Origin: Balanoglossus misakiensis
Lineage: Eukaryota; Animalia; Hemichordata
Length of the DNA stretch: 64,000 bases
Assembly: GCA_040954595.2 (NCBI GenBank)
Contig: CM082589.2
Location: 7,189,186-7,253,185 of the forward strand
Reading direction: 5' to 3'
In this document: positions 40,151 through 52,684 of the stretch, piece after piece
Layout: each line of letters opens with the position of its first letter
Numbering within the stretch: the stretch's first letter is position 1
Translations under genes and position numbers: made by a program
The notes under the pieces: generated by a model
Database searches by the model: none
Seen by the model: the letters and a program-made list of their open reading frames with translations, nothing else
Told to the model about the DNA's origin: nothing

Positions 40151-43100
40151 GTCTCTCTCTCTCTCTCTCCCTCCCCTCTCTCTCTGTCTCTCTCTCTTCC
40201 TCTCTCTGTCTCTCCCCCTCTCTCTGTCTCTCTCTCCCCCTCTCTCTGTCTCTCTCTCCCCCTCTCTCTATTCCTCTCTCTTTGTCTCTCTCTGTCTCCC
40301 TGTCTGTCTCTGTCTCTCTCTCTTCCTCCCCTCTCTCTCCCCTCTCTCTGTCTCTCTCTCTTCCTCTCTCTCTGTCTCTCCCCCTCTCTGTCTCTCTGTC
40401 TCTCCCCCCTCTCTCTCTCTCCCCTCTCTCTCTCCCTGTCTGTCTCTCTGTCTGTCTCTCTCTCTCCTTCGTGTTATAACCTCTAAATATCTTCGGTCAG
40501 TTTTATCAGAGCGATTGACTTTTACGATGTTTTAACAATCCATTCCCTTCACTGAATTGTTGGGTATGGTAATACCTTATCATGTGACAAGTTGTTGCCC
40601 GCTTTTTTACAACTGACATATTCTGATAAGTGTCTCCTCCGTAGAAAGAAGACTATTATGCCCATATAGCACTGGGCCACAATCAAGTTCCTGTGTGTCT
40701 CACAAATCTCCCAAGTAAATTTCACGTAGTTGAGCCTGAGCTCAAGCCCAAGTAAGTCTGTTTTCAGTGTTTACCTTTTCCAATAAAAACTATAAGTAAA
40801 CGTTTTGTTTTACTTCTCGGTACATGAACATGAGAACAAAAGAATCAAGCTCATCACTTTGAACCGTGACAACATACATGTGAATTGTCAGCAGTGTTGA
40901 CAAGCGGAGTCCTGGGTATAAAAGCATAATGCTGTTTGGAGTAGAACACAAAATTGCATTTGATAGACAGAACAAACAAGACTGGAAATATACACAAAAG
41001 TTAGTGTCGGGATAACATTTAAATAATAACACATGAAAGCGAAGGCAATATCACGATTTGAAGCCTGCACGAGGGATGGTGATCTCTGACCATAATATTG
41101 ATGATGCCCGAGCCGCAGGCGAGGGTATCATCAATATTGTGGTCAGAGATCACCATCCCGAGGCTATATTCGGCTAAGATATTCAAAATCTACAAAAATA
41201 TTGTTAGGACCGAGAAAATAAATAACAAAGACGCGACTTTTAATGGAGAAATTAGATTGTTAAGGTCTCTTCATGAGTAAATAAATAACAAACCCACTCC
41301 GGCATCACTATTTTTATTTTTCTGCTTTTACTTTTTCGCATAGCAAGAGCCGTTAGACTTAGCCGTTAGAATTGATTATGGGTAGTAATTATAGCGCGTA
41401 TATACTGTTTATCTTGTTTAGGACAGAAGATGTTGATAAAGATAAACCGGAAGAGGAGAAGAACGTGAAGCAGCCGGCTCCGGCTCCTGTGATTAAGGGA
41501 GGTTCGTATGAAAGAAATATTCATTATTCAGCTGGGATTTGGTAACAATGCCACGGATGATGTTTTTGAATGATTGTGTTCGACTATAGTTTGACGGCTC
41601 TTCAATGTCATTTTAAAAAGTCGTTTCAACTGATCAGTACTGATCAGCCCGCTAAAATATTCTGAACATTTTATTTTGGGTGACGTGACTGTCCGGGCCA
41701 TTCTCGCAAATAGCAACACAATTCATGTTTGGTGTGCCATAAATCATGGTAGCGAAATTATTCTTTACTATCAATCACGTGGTCTGGTCATGTGACCCAC
41801 GGCGTTGCCATTTTCAGATGACGGGCAAGCAATATTTCGGCATCCAGTAAAAGTTTTTCCAAATACGCAACATGTATCAGGTGTGGTGCCTCATCAGCCT
41901 CGTTGCATTTCGTCTGCACAGTCTTTGTCTGCACCATATTGCTGAAGTTGCCCGTCGTCTGGAAATTTGAATGCCAACGTAACTGCCGTCGGAGCGCGTC
42001 TGACGTCATTTGATATCAAAGAATTAGTTTGACACGATATAGTACGTCGAAGCAGACAACGTGGAGAGATAGAGTGCTGAAAGTGTACTATATGCTTGGG
42101 GTAATTATGAATAGCTGTAAGGGTGGGTGGGCTGGGTGCTATGACAACATTAAAGGGACAAAGTCTCTCTCTCGCTGCCCTTTTTTCCATTAATTATATT
42201 TGATAAGAGACAACGTTTGTTATTCTACATGTGGATATATAGTGAATGAACATTCAACCACACACAACTTCCATCCCTCTTATAGACAGGAGAGTGAAAA
42301 AACTCGCCAAAATGAATAATCGTTCTTTACCATTTATTCATTTTGGGCGAGTTTTTACCCTCATATTATACAAGTGGGAAGGAAGTTTTGTGTGGTTGAA
42401 CGTTGATTCACTATATATCCACATGCACATTAACATAAACAGTGTCTTGTATCAAACATAATTAATGGAAAAAGGCCAGCGAGAGAGAGACTTTAAGCCG
42501 TTTCTTAGTCTGTGTTCTTGCTTTCTTATAGATGAGTATACGCAGGTCGTGCAGATTGAATGCAAGAAGCAGATCAGTTTTCGGGATATCCACAGAGCAA
42601 AGATAAGAGTGACAGATGAATGTGGGGTGAACGAGAAAGACTTGGCATGTTTGAACTACTGCATCGGCTTCATACAATCGAAGGATTATGACGTATGTGT
42701 TTGCAGTTTCTTAAGTTTGCAGTGTTATATGACTATATATGTGATTTTTTTTTTCTTCAAAAGTGTACATGGTGTGCAAACGGAGATCAAAACTGCGGAG
42801 AAAATCCTTCTAAAGAAAGTGCCCCTTGCGATCGTCAGGGCGGTCCCGTCTTATTAATTACCGGTTAGGCGATCCCAGTGATATTGCAGGGATATCACAT
42901 GGCTTGTTTTACTATGATAATTTCCCACACAGATACTTAGTAATGCCATGTTCAATGTTGCCTGTGGTGATGACGTCATGGTCGTATTATGGTCCGGAGA
43001 TCAAACAAACGTCTACGAAATCGATTTAAATGAGAAAAAAGAACCTGTGGTGAAAGCGGTCGGAGAAACGGTCGATGAATCCTATAAACCTGGAGCTTGT

Positions 43101-44436
43101 GGTGGTAAGTGGTAAATTGTGTGTTGTGTTGTGTTGTGTTGTGTTGCGTTGCTTTGCGTTGTGGTTGTGTCGTGTTGTGTTGTGTTGCGTTGCTGACATT
43201 TGGCTATAACATGCGTGATAACCAAGTATGTTCTGGTGAAGCTCAACAATTAAATGGACGACTTTTTTTCACTTTTTTTCCCTTTCTATATACCTCCGAC
43301 CACAAGCTTTGAAGATGGGGAGGCATCTAACTTGCTGCACAATTGTGCGATAGCACTGACCTCTTTCCCGTGTTTTGCTTTGTTGCTAGCTCCGTACGTG
43401 GCTACGAAGAAAGAGTACGGTTATCAAGTCATCACTGAGAAGGAAATCGACGTCATTGTGGACGAATTTAAAAGGTGGAAGCTTATCAACAGAAATGATG
43501 AGATGCTCTTGAAGTATGTCAAGAAAGTGTTTTATGATGTGGAAAGGGACAATGAAAAGGTGAGTTACATGGTTCTTTTTTACAAAGTCAAACGCCTCAA
43601 AATTTTCGAAAATTTGAATCGCATTCTAGTCAAGGTAACTTAAATCGCGTAGCTCGTCTCACACGCATGTTCCAACTGTAGCCGCTGGTTACAGACGTTT
43701 AGTGAACAGTCAATCCCATAAGGCAGTGCTCACACAAGATCGGGAAAAGACACTAGCTTGGGTGAAAAGGAGGGACAAAACCACCATCTACTTATACGGT
43801 GCGCATGAAATATGGAAGAAAGCGAAGGCAGTTCACAATTTGAATGCATCGAACGGAAAATTAGCTGGGAAGTTACGCGCATGCGCGTGAGACGAGCTAC
43901 GCGCTTTAATTCTGAATGATAGATCAAAATTGTCTCAAATGGCTGCCAATCTCTGTGTTAACTTTATAGAGAAAAATTAAAGTTGTCATTTTTATGAAAA
44001 CAAGGCAGCCAAGTTATAAATCAAGCTGTGTATGAAACTAGAATAGTTGCAGCAACATCCATTTGCCAATATTTTCAGAATGACCCTCAACTTGACAAGT
44101 TGGAAGTAAATTGTATTTTATATATTTAAATGATAGGGAAAATGTCCGGACATTAAGGAGAACGTTCATTTGACAGTCGAATGTGACAAGTTCCACTTGG
44201 TATTGCGAGCGGGAAAAGGCTATAATATATGCAGAGTCTACATGGAAGGCTCGACGCCGAAGTACAAAGTTCAGCATTTACCCAAGTGGAGGAGAACTCT
44301 GGAAAAACTCTCCACTATCAAGGCCGACAAATTGTTGACAGACATTAGAGTAGGTCCCTTAAAGCTCAATTTGACGGGAGACACTACGACCGGTGAAGGT
44401 GAAGCTACTTCCGGCGAAGGAACCAACACCAACTAG
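38048..44436 (+). CDS. Gene F: putative N-myristoylated three-module protein, close paralog of gene E (~408 aa)
   Basis: Exons 38048-38072 (MGSGASQT), 38505-38632 (DIACMRYCYSIL), 39841-39924, 40645-40751, 41422-41501, 42532-42692 (ACLNYCIGFI), 42933-43104 (ILSNAMFNVACG..LNEKKEP), 43390-43559, 44137-44436 (AGKGYNICRV..DIRVGPL); exon-by-exon similarity to gene E. Confidence 0.85.
39300..39600. repeat. ~300-bp dispersed repeat; second copy at ~41760-42020
   Basis: Both copies read TTCTTTACTATCAATCACGTG..GACCCAC..GACGGGCAAGCAATATTTCGGC..TGACGTCATTTGATATC. Confidence 0.8.
40055..40468. repeat. TG/CT-rich low-complexity microsatellite
   Basis: Direct inspection. Confidence 0.9.
42150..42496. mobile_element. 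T2/Kolobok-type palindromic MITE, copy 4 (small deletion at right terminus)
   Basis: TTAAAGGGACAAAGTCTC...GAGAGAGACTTTAA. Confidence 0.85.
43640..43909. mobile_element. Second TTAA-flanked MITE family (~270 bp)
   Basis: ~30-bp TIRs TTAAATCGCGTAGCTCGTCTCACACGCATG / CATGCGCGTGAGACGAGCTACGCGCTTTAA. Confidence 0.75.
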
Positions 44437-45914
44437 CGCTTCACCTTTGACCTCAGTCTAACTCAGTCGTCGAGGTTGTAATTTCTATAGCATCATACTT
44501 ACTTCCTGTTGTACAACACAATGCTGTATTTTGCAAATAACTAGTATGTTGCTGGTCGTATATTATTCTCAAATTTCAACACGTGTTAGCTTATTTTATC
44601 AGACTGATGGATTCACACCAACGATAGTACGAGGATGAAAGGTCAAGTGGGGTCATGAATATGGCCTATTGTTTTGGCGTTTAAATTGTTCGTTTCATCC
44701 TATCAGAAACTATCATGCTTAGCTACCGATTTGAGGCAGCTCAGCTCAACTAACAAAATGTGATGCTATTAAAGCGAATATTCCCCCGTGATTCAATATT
44801 CAAATTGTCGCATTTTAACGACTTTCTGTGCCATTTTGTGCAACTCTTGAAACCGTCCTTTGTTTTAAGACCAACGTGCCACTCCTGCAATTATGTAAAG
44901 GGAAACCCCTCATGAAATCGTATGGAGATTTTCACTGTTCACGTCGGATCTAGATCTACATGTATATCTTTGTTACAGTACGGATTGTGCTAAGATACAT
45001 TGTATATTACGATTGTATTACTGGATTATAAATAACATATTTTATGTTGACGATTCCGTCCCAGTTTGCGTGGAATATTTACATGATGCAACGGAAACGT
45101 TGAACATCTTGCTTTACTGATGCCAATATGCATTATGCATTTCTAATATTACAACCACCTTGATACATTTGTATAATGAACACTTTCTCAACATTACCAC
45201 ATTTGTCTTTTGTCGTTTCAACATGTTTTATACGAAACTGTAATTTTGGTAATTATTTTGTTAACAAGTTGTATTTTGTCTTGATTAATGCACATCTGAT
45301 GACGAGGGTAATTAGCTGCAAATTATACTGCCGAGACTGTATGCCTGATTCACAATGACATATACCATTCGCTTATACATGTACATGTGTATGACATGGT
45401 TAACTTTCAGCAACATTTCGCAGTCAACAACAGTTGTTTTGGTACTTAATCTTGGTCCATATGTGATTTGGTCTAATAAAGAATGTTGCCACAAATCCCT
45501 TTGGGAACGCTTAGTGTTGACATGATACAAACATAACTACAACATCTCTCTCTAGTATATTATTACAAGGGAAATGAGGTCACATCTGCACATTAAGTAC
45601 ACATCATCTGTCAAAGAATTTATGTTCCGGTCTCCACAGAGAAATATTCTATGTTGGTGTTATAATACTACCAACATAATATGGCGTCGTGTACTGTACC
45701 ACTACGCATGCCCTGTATCAATCTGGGGGAAACACAGTCACTCCACACTTTCTTGAGGGACTGTGGGTGAAACTTTGCTGGAAGAACAGACGAAATGTCG
45801 AAAAATAGTGCAGACAGCGGAGAGACATGTTCTCAGAGTGGTTCTTTATTTCTAAATATAGAACAGATGAATATTTGTGACGGTGAATATTCATCGCTGT
45901 TTCGGCGGGAACGC

Positions 45915-48502
45915 TCACTTGCTATGTTCAGTTGTTTCATGGGGAGAAATTCGGCAGCAGATGGCCACTGCCCACACGCTGTACTGGTTCCCTCCTTGAT
46001 ACGCTTTGCAGATGGTTTCAACTGAAAGAAGAAAATGTCACAAATCGATTTAGCGGATAAAGGCTCGCTATTGCCTGAAATTGAAAAGCCTGCCTTGATT
46101 GCAATGGAGAGGTAGCCCAAATTTTGGACAAACAGCACAGTCACTTCTGTGTGGAGTGACTGTGCACGCATGTATGGATTAACGGACCAGCAAGCCGAGC
46201 TTAATTCACGACTGTTGGACACAAATAAGGTGACCTAGAATAACGTGGCACCTGGACACGTGACTTGTAGTACGGGGCGATATAACAACACGCGTAATAC
46301 GTGAGGTGCAAGTCATTGTACGAGTCGACCGTTGGCGGCGACTTCCGTGCATAGTATGCAAGACCACTTAGGCTATTATACATGGTCAACAGCGCGGCTG
46401 TGCTATCAGTAACCGAGTTGATGAAAAACTCTTGCCTTGCCATTCGTCGTGCTCGTAATCTTCAATGAAAGCACCGTCGATCATCTTCCAGAATGTGAAC
46501 CCCATGCATCCTGTCATTTGCCACCCATAATCACAGCGCACGTCAGCAGTGTCGAAGCGCTCCCAGCTGCTAGGCTCGCTCCATTTTGATTTGCATTCCA
46601 AGTTGGGGGCGCTGCAACAGGCCGCGTAGCCCCACACACCTGTCGAGAGAAAATGGCGTCTAAAATAAATGGCGTCTACACTCTCAGCTGAATGTACCTT
46701 TAGCATTTGTGCATGCTGCACTATTCGTACACAAATTCTTTTTGGTTCTGCGTCCACATACAGCACAGATACATTAACATTGAATTCAAACGATAGCTAT
46801 TTCCTTCAAGCAAAGTCGTCGATCAAACGTCGTTACAAAATAGAAAGGTCTTGCTCAATTGCACAAAACTCACCGTCGCCCCCGTATCCGTTTTTCGCAA
46901 TGCACGATCTTGAATTAAAATCTTGGAGTGACGTTTGCTGGTCCGGTGCATCGGGCATCACTCCGTCCATGTCCGACAGCGGCGAAAATGACATACAATC
47001 TACCCAACAAAAATCAATGTAAATCGCTCCAGAACCGTTGTTTTGCAAGAACTGACGACTTGGGAAACCATCCAGTGAAATTGAGAGTTTTTGCTATTTT
47101 ATTGCATAACTCAAAACGTGTGTTGTTACCAAAACGGCCTGTGCCAGCGGTCCCAAAAGTTATGATAAACAGATCCATATTCGCGATAATCCACGTGAGA
47201 TGCATGCCGAGAAGAAAAATATCATTTCTGTCACCTGTTGGGTAAGGCGTGTGGCCATCGATGTCTTCGTCACACGTCGCCACACTCTCCGCCTTGTTGT
47301 GACAACTTGACCTTTCACCCTTTCTGTAATAGCACCGCATGTCCGACCAGATGCAACAACGAGCGACCGCCCTCACACCTGTCACGAGTAAGGTCACATT
47401 GTTGCTGTTGGTGACCTCGTGCGCATATTATTAATGCAGAATAAGGCATTTAATTATGCCAAGCAACAAAAAGGGAATTTTTGGACATAATTAAGGTCGT
47501 TTGTTTGACGGGGCGATGATTACAGGCATCACCGGGTAGTCAGATGTCACTGTTGCAAAGTGACAATATGTCGACAGTTTGCTTTCACTACACTACAGAA
47601 TCTAAAATACGTTCCCGCCATACCTTTCCCGTTGGCGCCGTTCTGCGCAACGCACACCGCCGTGCCGTTGTCATTTACCTCGATGTAGTTTCCATCGCGA
47701 CTGTCCGGGTTGCCATGGGGAAGGAAACTGCCACACCCGGTCATCGCTTCCCCGGGCGCGCAGACGACTTCGGCAGTGGCGTCGTCCTCGGCGAGGGACA
47801 GTTCAGACCACCGGGACGTACAGTAAGACGGCGTTGTCATAATCTCGACAGCGTCCAGATGAGTCTGCATGGCAATTTTGAGAGGTTAAAGAGCGTTATA
47901 TAAATCTCGTTGAAACCAAGAAACATTTAAACCCCACATAAATGAACCGGAGAACACCTTTCCACGGTCACACGGTTCTGCATTTTTCTATCTAGTAAAT
48001 TTGTACATACACATACAGACACGGTGTTCTATAATCAATACGTTTAAAGCACTTCAGAGAAACGGAGGGGGGGGGGGGTAAAAGAAGTGTTAAATTAATT
48101 GTGATTGCATAGCCATTAATCTAAACTGGATTAAGCTTCTTGTTCCAGATCAATCAATTGACCACAATTTAAAGATATTATCTGGAATATGTTACACGTT
48201 TCACTCTTCTCCCTCTAAACTAAAATTTCCCCATGGTGATTTTGCCCGATTTTTACAGCACAGGCAAGTAAAGCGAGTTTTGAAAAAAAGGCCCGAGGAT
48301 AAAAAGTTGTTCCCAAGGGCAGTTGTGTACGTGACCAGGGGGTACTTGAACACTTATCACTCGACGAGTACAACCAGCCTTCTCTTTACTTGGTTTTCGC
48401 GCAAGCATTGTTTTCCGCCACCAGAACAATGAACAAAGTACATACCGTGCATATCATCAACAATAACACAAAAGCCGGCGCTCGGGTGTGCGACCATTCC
48501 AT
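45915..48502 (-). CDS. Secreted protein consisting only of a PCSK9-type C-terminal Cys-rich (resistin-like) domain with three modules (~292 aa)
   Basis: Exons 48502-48446 (MEWSHTRAPAFVLLLMICT, signal-peptide-like), 47864-47624, 47378-47235, 46999-46874, 46639-46436, 46021-45915. Three repeats such as YCTSRWS..TAEVVCAPGEAMTGCGSF..VCVAQNGANGKGVRAVARCC match the PCSK9 M1-M3 pattern (C.T.WS..A.A.C...E.L..C.S...C.A.N..GG.GV.A.ARCC). Confidence 0.85.
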
Positions 48503-50381
48503 GTTGTCTTCAAAGTCTTCCCGGGAGATCGTATTCTGAGTCTCAACTTCGCCCGTCTGTGTCCAGCGCACGTATTCAGCTATATGTCAAAATGTAAAAT
48601 GTGATCCCATATTTAGATCACTCATAATATTCATGATGAACAAAAACTTGTTGGCGTACATTTATTCCGATATGAACAGGCTTATTAAATATGCAAATGA
48701 AAATAATATTTTTTTACGGACAGAACAACATAATCTAATTATAGTGAGTTCGCCAGTTGCAACAAAACTAAGGCTGAATGTGGTGAAATGCGATCTTAAA
48801 CTTGAAACGCTTTAATAAAATGATTGACATTGAATTATAATGTCATGTATACCGTACGTAAATAAAAAAAACATGATGTTAACAAAAACGCTATCTTCTA
48901 AAAGTTAGAATAAGAATGCTATGGTTTGTGATAGCTCACAGTAGTCTGCATCAAGTTGCATGTTCTTTTACATCGAGGGTCAATAACTCCAGCAGAGTCA
49001 TTTTATGAACATTTCGCCAAAATAATCATAGCGAGTGTTCACTGGATAAGTGATAGAAAGAATGTTAGTTCTTACTTGAAGACCAATAATGGTAAAAGTT
49101 CAGTATTAAGCTCGCTGTTGATGAGTTTGCAATAAATATGGCGTCATTTGGGGTGCGATCTGGTTATGTAAGATATGAGCTGTTAATGACGTAGCGGCAT
49201 GGCCACACGTACTATTGCTAATTAAGATATTGATTAGTGATAATTAGGGGTGGTTGACCTTGCTCGGTTCGGTGTTCATCCCTCGTGTTTCATTTCAAAC
49301 TAACTCCACCGACTACAGAATGCGTCACGGCGGGCGTCAAAGCTCAATTGTGTGAAAAGCTGGGCAGACGCCTATAAGACGACTGACACGACCTCTTGAT
49401 CTCAGATTGAAGTGGGCATTTCACTAAAGTCAATCTAACGCAGGTGTGCATGTTTGCCGTCAGGGCAGCATTTTGAGAGCTGGCATACCCGGATGAATAC
49501 TAACTTAAAGTTATTCACGCCCTGTAACCGTCATCGACATTTCCACAAGACGCGCCATTTTACTGAGATTTCGGACAAAAATTAGCCAAAACAACTTATT
49601 TTAATAAACCCAGAAGATTTCCTGAAACTTAACCGGAAACGCCTGCCAACCCAGCAGTCAAAAATAACATAAAATTTTCTGATTGCATTCGTAGGAATTG
49701 GACGAGAGTAATGATATTAAAATGGATTTTTTTTATCCGCTGCCATTGTGAAACATATTCCAATAATTGACTGGGATATCCTCTGTGGGAGTGACAGTAA
49801 AATACCAACGTCAAACGTTTTTTATGAATGTGGTATAGAAGATTTTCCCCACCGACGATTTTCTCTTGAAAGAAAACACAATTTTCTGAAGATCATTCAG
49901 ACTAAGCACGTCACACGTGCACCATTACAGGGACTACCTCCATTGCGATGACACTCATGTCTGTGACGTATACTTTCTGACGTGATTGTTTTTTTTTTCC
50001 CGACACGGTTGAATATAACTGGCCAGTCGTGTAAATATATTCACCGCCACAAAAGATTTTCTTCCGAGTTTCGTGCTCGGGAAGCCGGTTGTCGGACGTT
50101 TATAATTTTTGGAGCAATGGCAAGATCTGACGACAGCTTCGAGCAGACGACAGCCTTGCAAAATGTGCACGATTTCTCCCGCGCTTTCCATGGGTGGGAC
50201 TGACAAATACCAGCATGGTATTGTATTTTCAGCGATATCCCGGAGGAGTTCAAACTAACGAGCTACGATTCTGTAGGTCAGGTGATAATAATCCTTGGAA
50301 AGGGTGTATCCGCCTCTGTGGCCCGAGGTGATCGAGATAGGAAATCGTGATCTATATTAAAGCTGGTTGTGGAAACGAAGC

Positions 50382-51299
50382 TGTAACAAGGAGGTGGGGT
50401 GGGGATATGCAGATTCTCTCAGCGGCGGCCAACTCCTGAACACATCGAGCAGTTTCAGCGACCCAACATGGGTCGGAACATATGAACGGCAAAAGATAGT
50501 GTTACGACCCGCAGGCCGTCCGAGCCAAAAATATGCGGAGAATAGAGAGGCCAATTTACCTGACCGGGTGGCTTGTTTTACACCAGTCCGAACCGGCCAA
50601 CAGGCCGCAGCAAAAGAAATTGTCAAAGACAGTACACGTACAACAAACCAGTCTATTTACAGTGTTAATTTAATTACAGATACGAGTAAATTTCACAAAT
50701 ATGTTAACTAATATTTACAGTTAAGTACAAACTAAACTAACGAGCGTGACCAGGTGACCAAACAAAAAATCCCTACCAAGTTCAAAGTCTCACAAACAGT
50801 TCGGCGTCTCGACGCACGACGATACTGGCGTTTCACTCGACGCACAGCAATTCTGGCCTTTCTGTCCGTTTTACGCCGGGGTACAAAAGAGACAACCACG
50901 TATTACCTCAAACTGCATATCCACCGTGTAGTCCACAGACAGCCACGTATTTACCTCCAATGCAGTTCCACAGTGACACGGAGACGCGCTCCCTCAGGAC
51001 GGCTCCCAAATCCCACACGGCGTCCTCGAAAACATCCACCACGACTTCACAAGTCCCTTCGGCAGTGTCAATCCTCAGCTACCACAGTAGACAGGCACTC
51101 CGTACGGTGGGCTCCAAAAACTCCTCCAAGGCGACGGCACAGCTACCAGACCATAATCAAAATGAGCCACCCCACAACGTGGCACTGGGTGGCTTTTATA
51201 CGACTAAAACTAACACCTGGTCACGCTAATATGCTAAATAAAGAAATCAACACAGGTGCACCTGGCCACGAAACAAAACAAATAAGAAACTTCATCACA
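50382..51299 (-). mobile_element. Probable solo LTR-like element (~920 bp)
   Basis: TGT...ACA ends; minus-strand TATAAAAG near 51195; CACCTGGTCAC motifs and overall layout shared with 5041-5692; target-site duplication not clean. Confidence 0.4.
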
Positions 51300-52567
51300 A
51301 TAGCAAACTGAGCGTAATTCAATAAAACGACCTACACCAGACTGACATTTCTGGTACCCAAACTCCTTTCGTGAAAAACAGTCTCTTGTCCGTTTACGTA
51401 TTTCAGTCGATTTTCCAAGCAACACTCCAGATTTGACCCAACTTGAAGTGACTGTGATTAACCTGCTTATAAGGACCTTGCACAAGGGTAGTGAGTGAGG
51501 GCCAAAGTTCTGATAGCTGGTACCACCATCACCACCACACCACCCAGAAGTGATTTAATATGACCCTTTAATACTTGTCATTATTTCCCAATTGTTTCTT
51601 TGACTCAGTTGCCTCGAATGATAATGATTACTGATGGGTCTTTCTTGATGTGATGTTTGTACACAGGCGGATCGGCTCCAATTCACCGACTAGCGATTGA
51701 CACGAAAACATAACGTTTGTATAATTAAGATTTGCCGGAGGACACCAGTATATTAGCGTCGTCGCCAACACACAGAAATAAAATACATACATATTATTTT
51801 GGCGCTTCAGCGGGATTAACAGAAATCCCATCGCCGAAATGTTAGCTTAACACGATGAATTATACGACAGGAATTCGCTGTATCATGAATAATTAATTAA
51901 CGCGCATCGTGCCATTCGTGGAAGCCATCATTGGAGTTATCATGTTCAGCAATGAAACGCACATTACGACTTGCCACTCACCACAAAGCCCGCAGAGATG
52001 TCTACACCTTCGTCTCATGAATTATTAGGCAACGTCGCCATGGCAACCATTCGCAATTCGCGAAAGGTCACATTCTGTTGAAGTAAAAAAAATCGCTGCA
52101 GAAGATAAAAATACAGAGGATTGTGTGCCCGGCGTACGTATACCGACTGCTGTTTGTTTCTTGAGGAATTAAGAGGCGCTTTTTATCGCGCCCCGGACTG
52201 CGTCGCTCTACACACTGTCGCCAGACACGGTAAGTAAATGTTCCAATCCGAATCGTGACGTTGCTCAGAGACATACCTGGTTAAGTGTTCACGTATTTGG
52301 TATGCCCGTTTCTTCTCTCCAACTTCCTGTGCATTGATGGTGAATTTAACGGATTTATTTTTCGAAGTGGGGTATGTAAACGTATTTGTCAAATTGCTGT
52401 GTGCATGGGTGTCGATTGAATTAGATAGAGCGCGCGCTGTGTTTAGAATCACAACACGCACCGTGGAAAGAGAGTGTTGCGTGAACACAAACTGCGAGGC
52501 AAGAAAGATAGGTTGTTTAGATACATGTACATACAGAGGGATAACAGAAGGCGACAGGAATATATAC

Positions 52568-52630
52568 AGAGAGAGAGGCAGGGAGAGTGGGGGAGGGAGG
52601 GAGAAAGGGAGGGGGAGGGAGGGAGGAAGG

Positions 52631-52680
<50 letters not shown>

Positions 52681-52684
52681 GAGA
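52568..52684. repeat. G/A-rich (GA)n microsatellite
   Basis: Direct inspection. Confidence 0.9.

Noticed and set aside
48386-48571. 61-aa ORF as a stand-alone TM peptide
   Set aside because: It is better explained as the signal-peptide exon (48502-48446, donor gtatgt) of the PCSK9-CTD-like gene running on into the intron.
50367-51311. 114-185 aa ORFs in a GC-rich stretch
   Set aside because: They show no recognisable gag/pol or other motifs and lie in a probable LTR.
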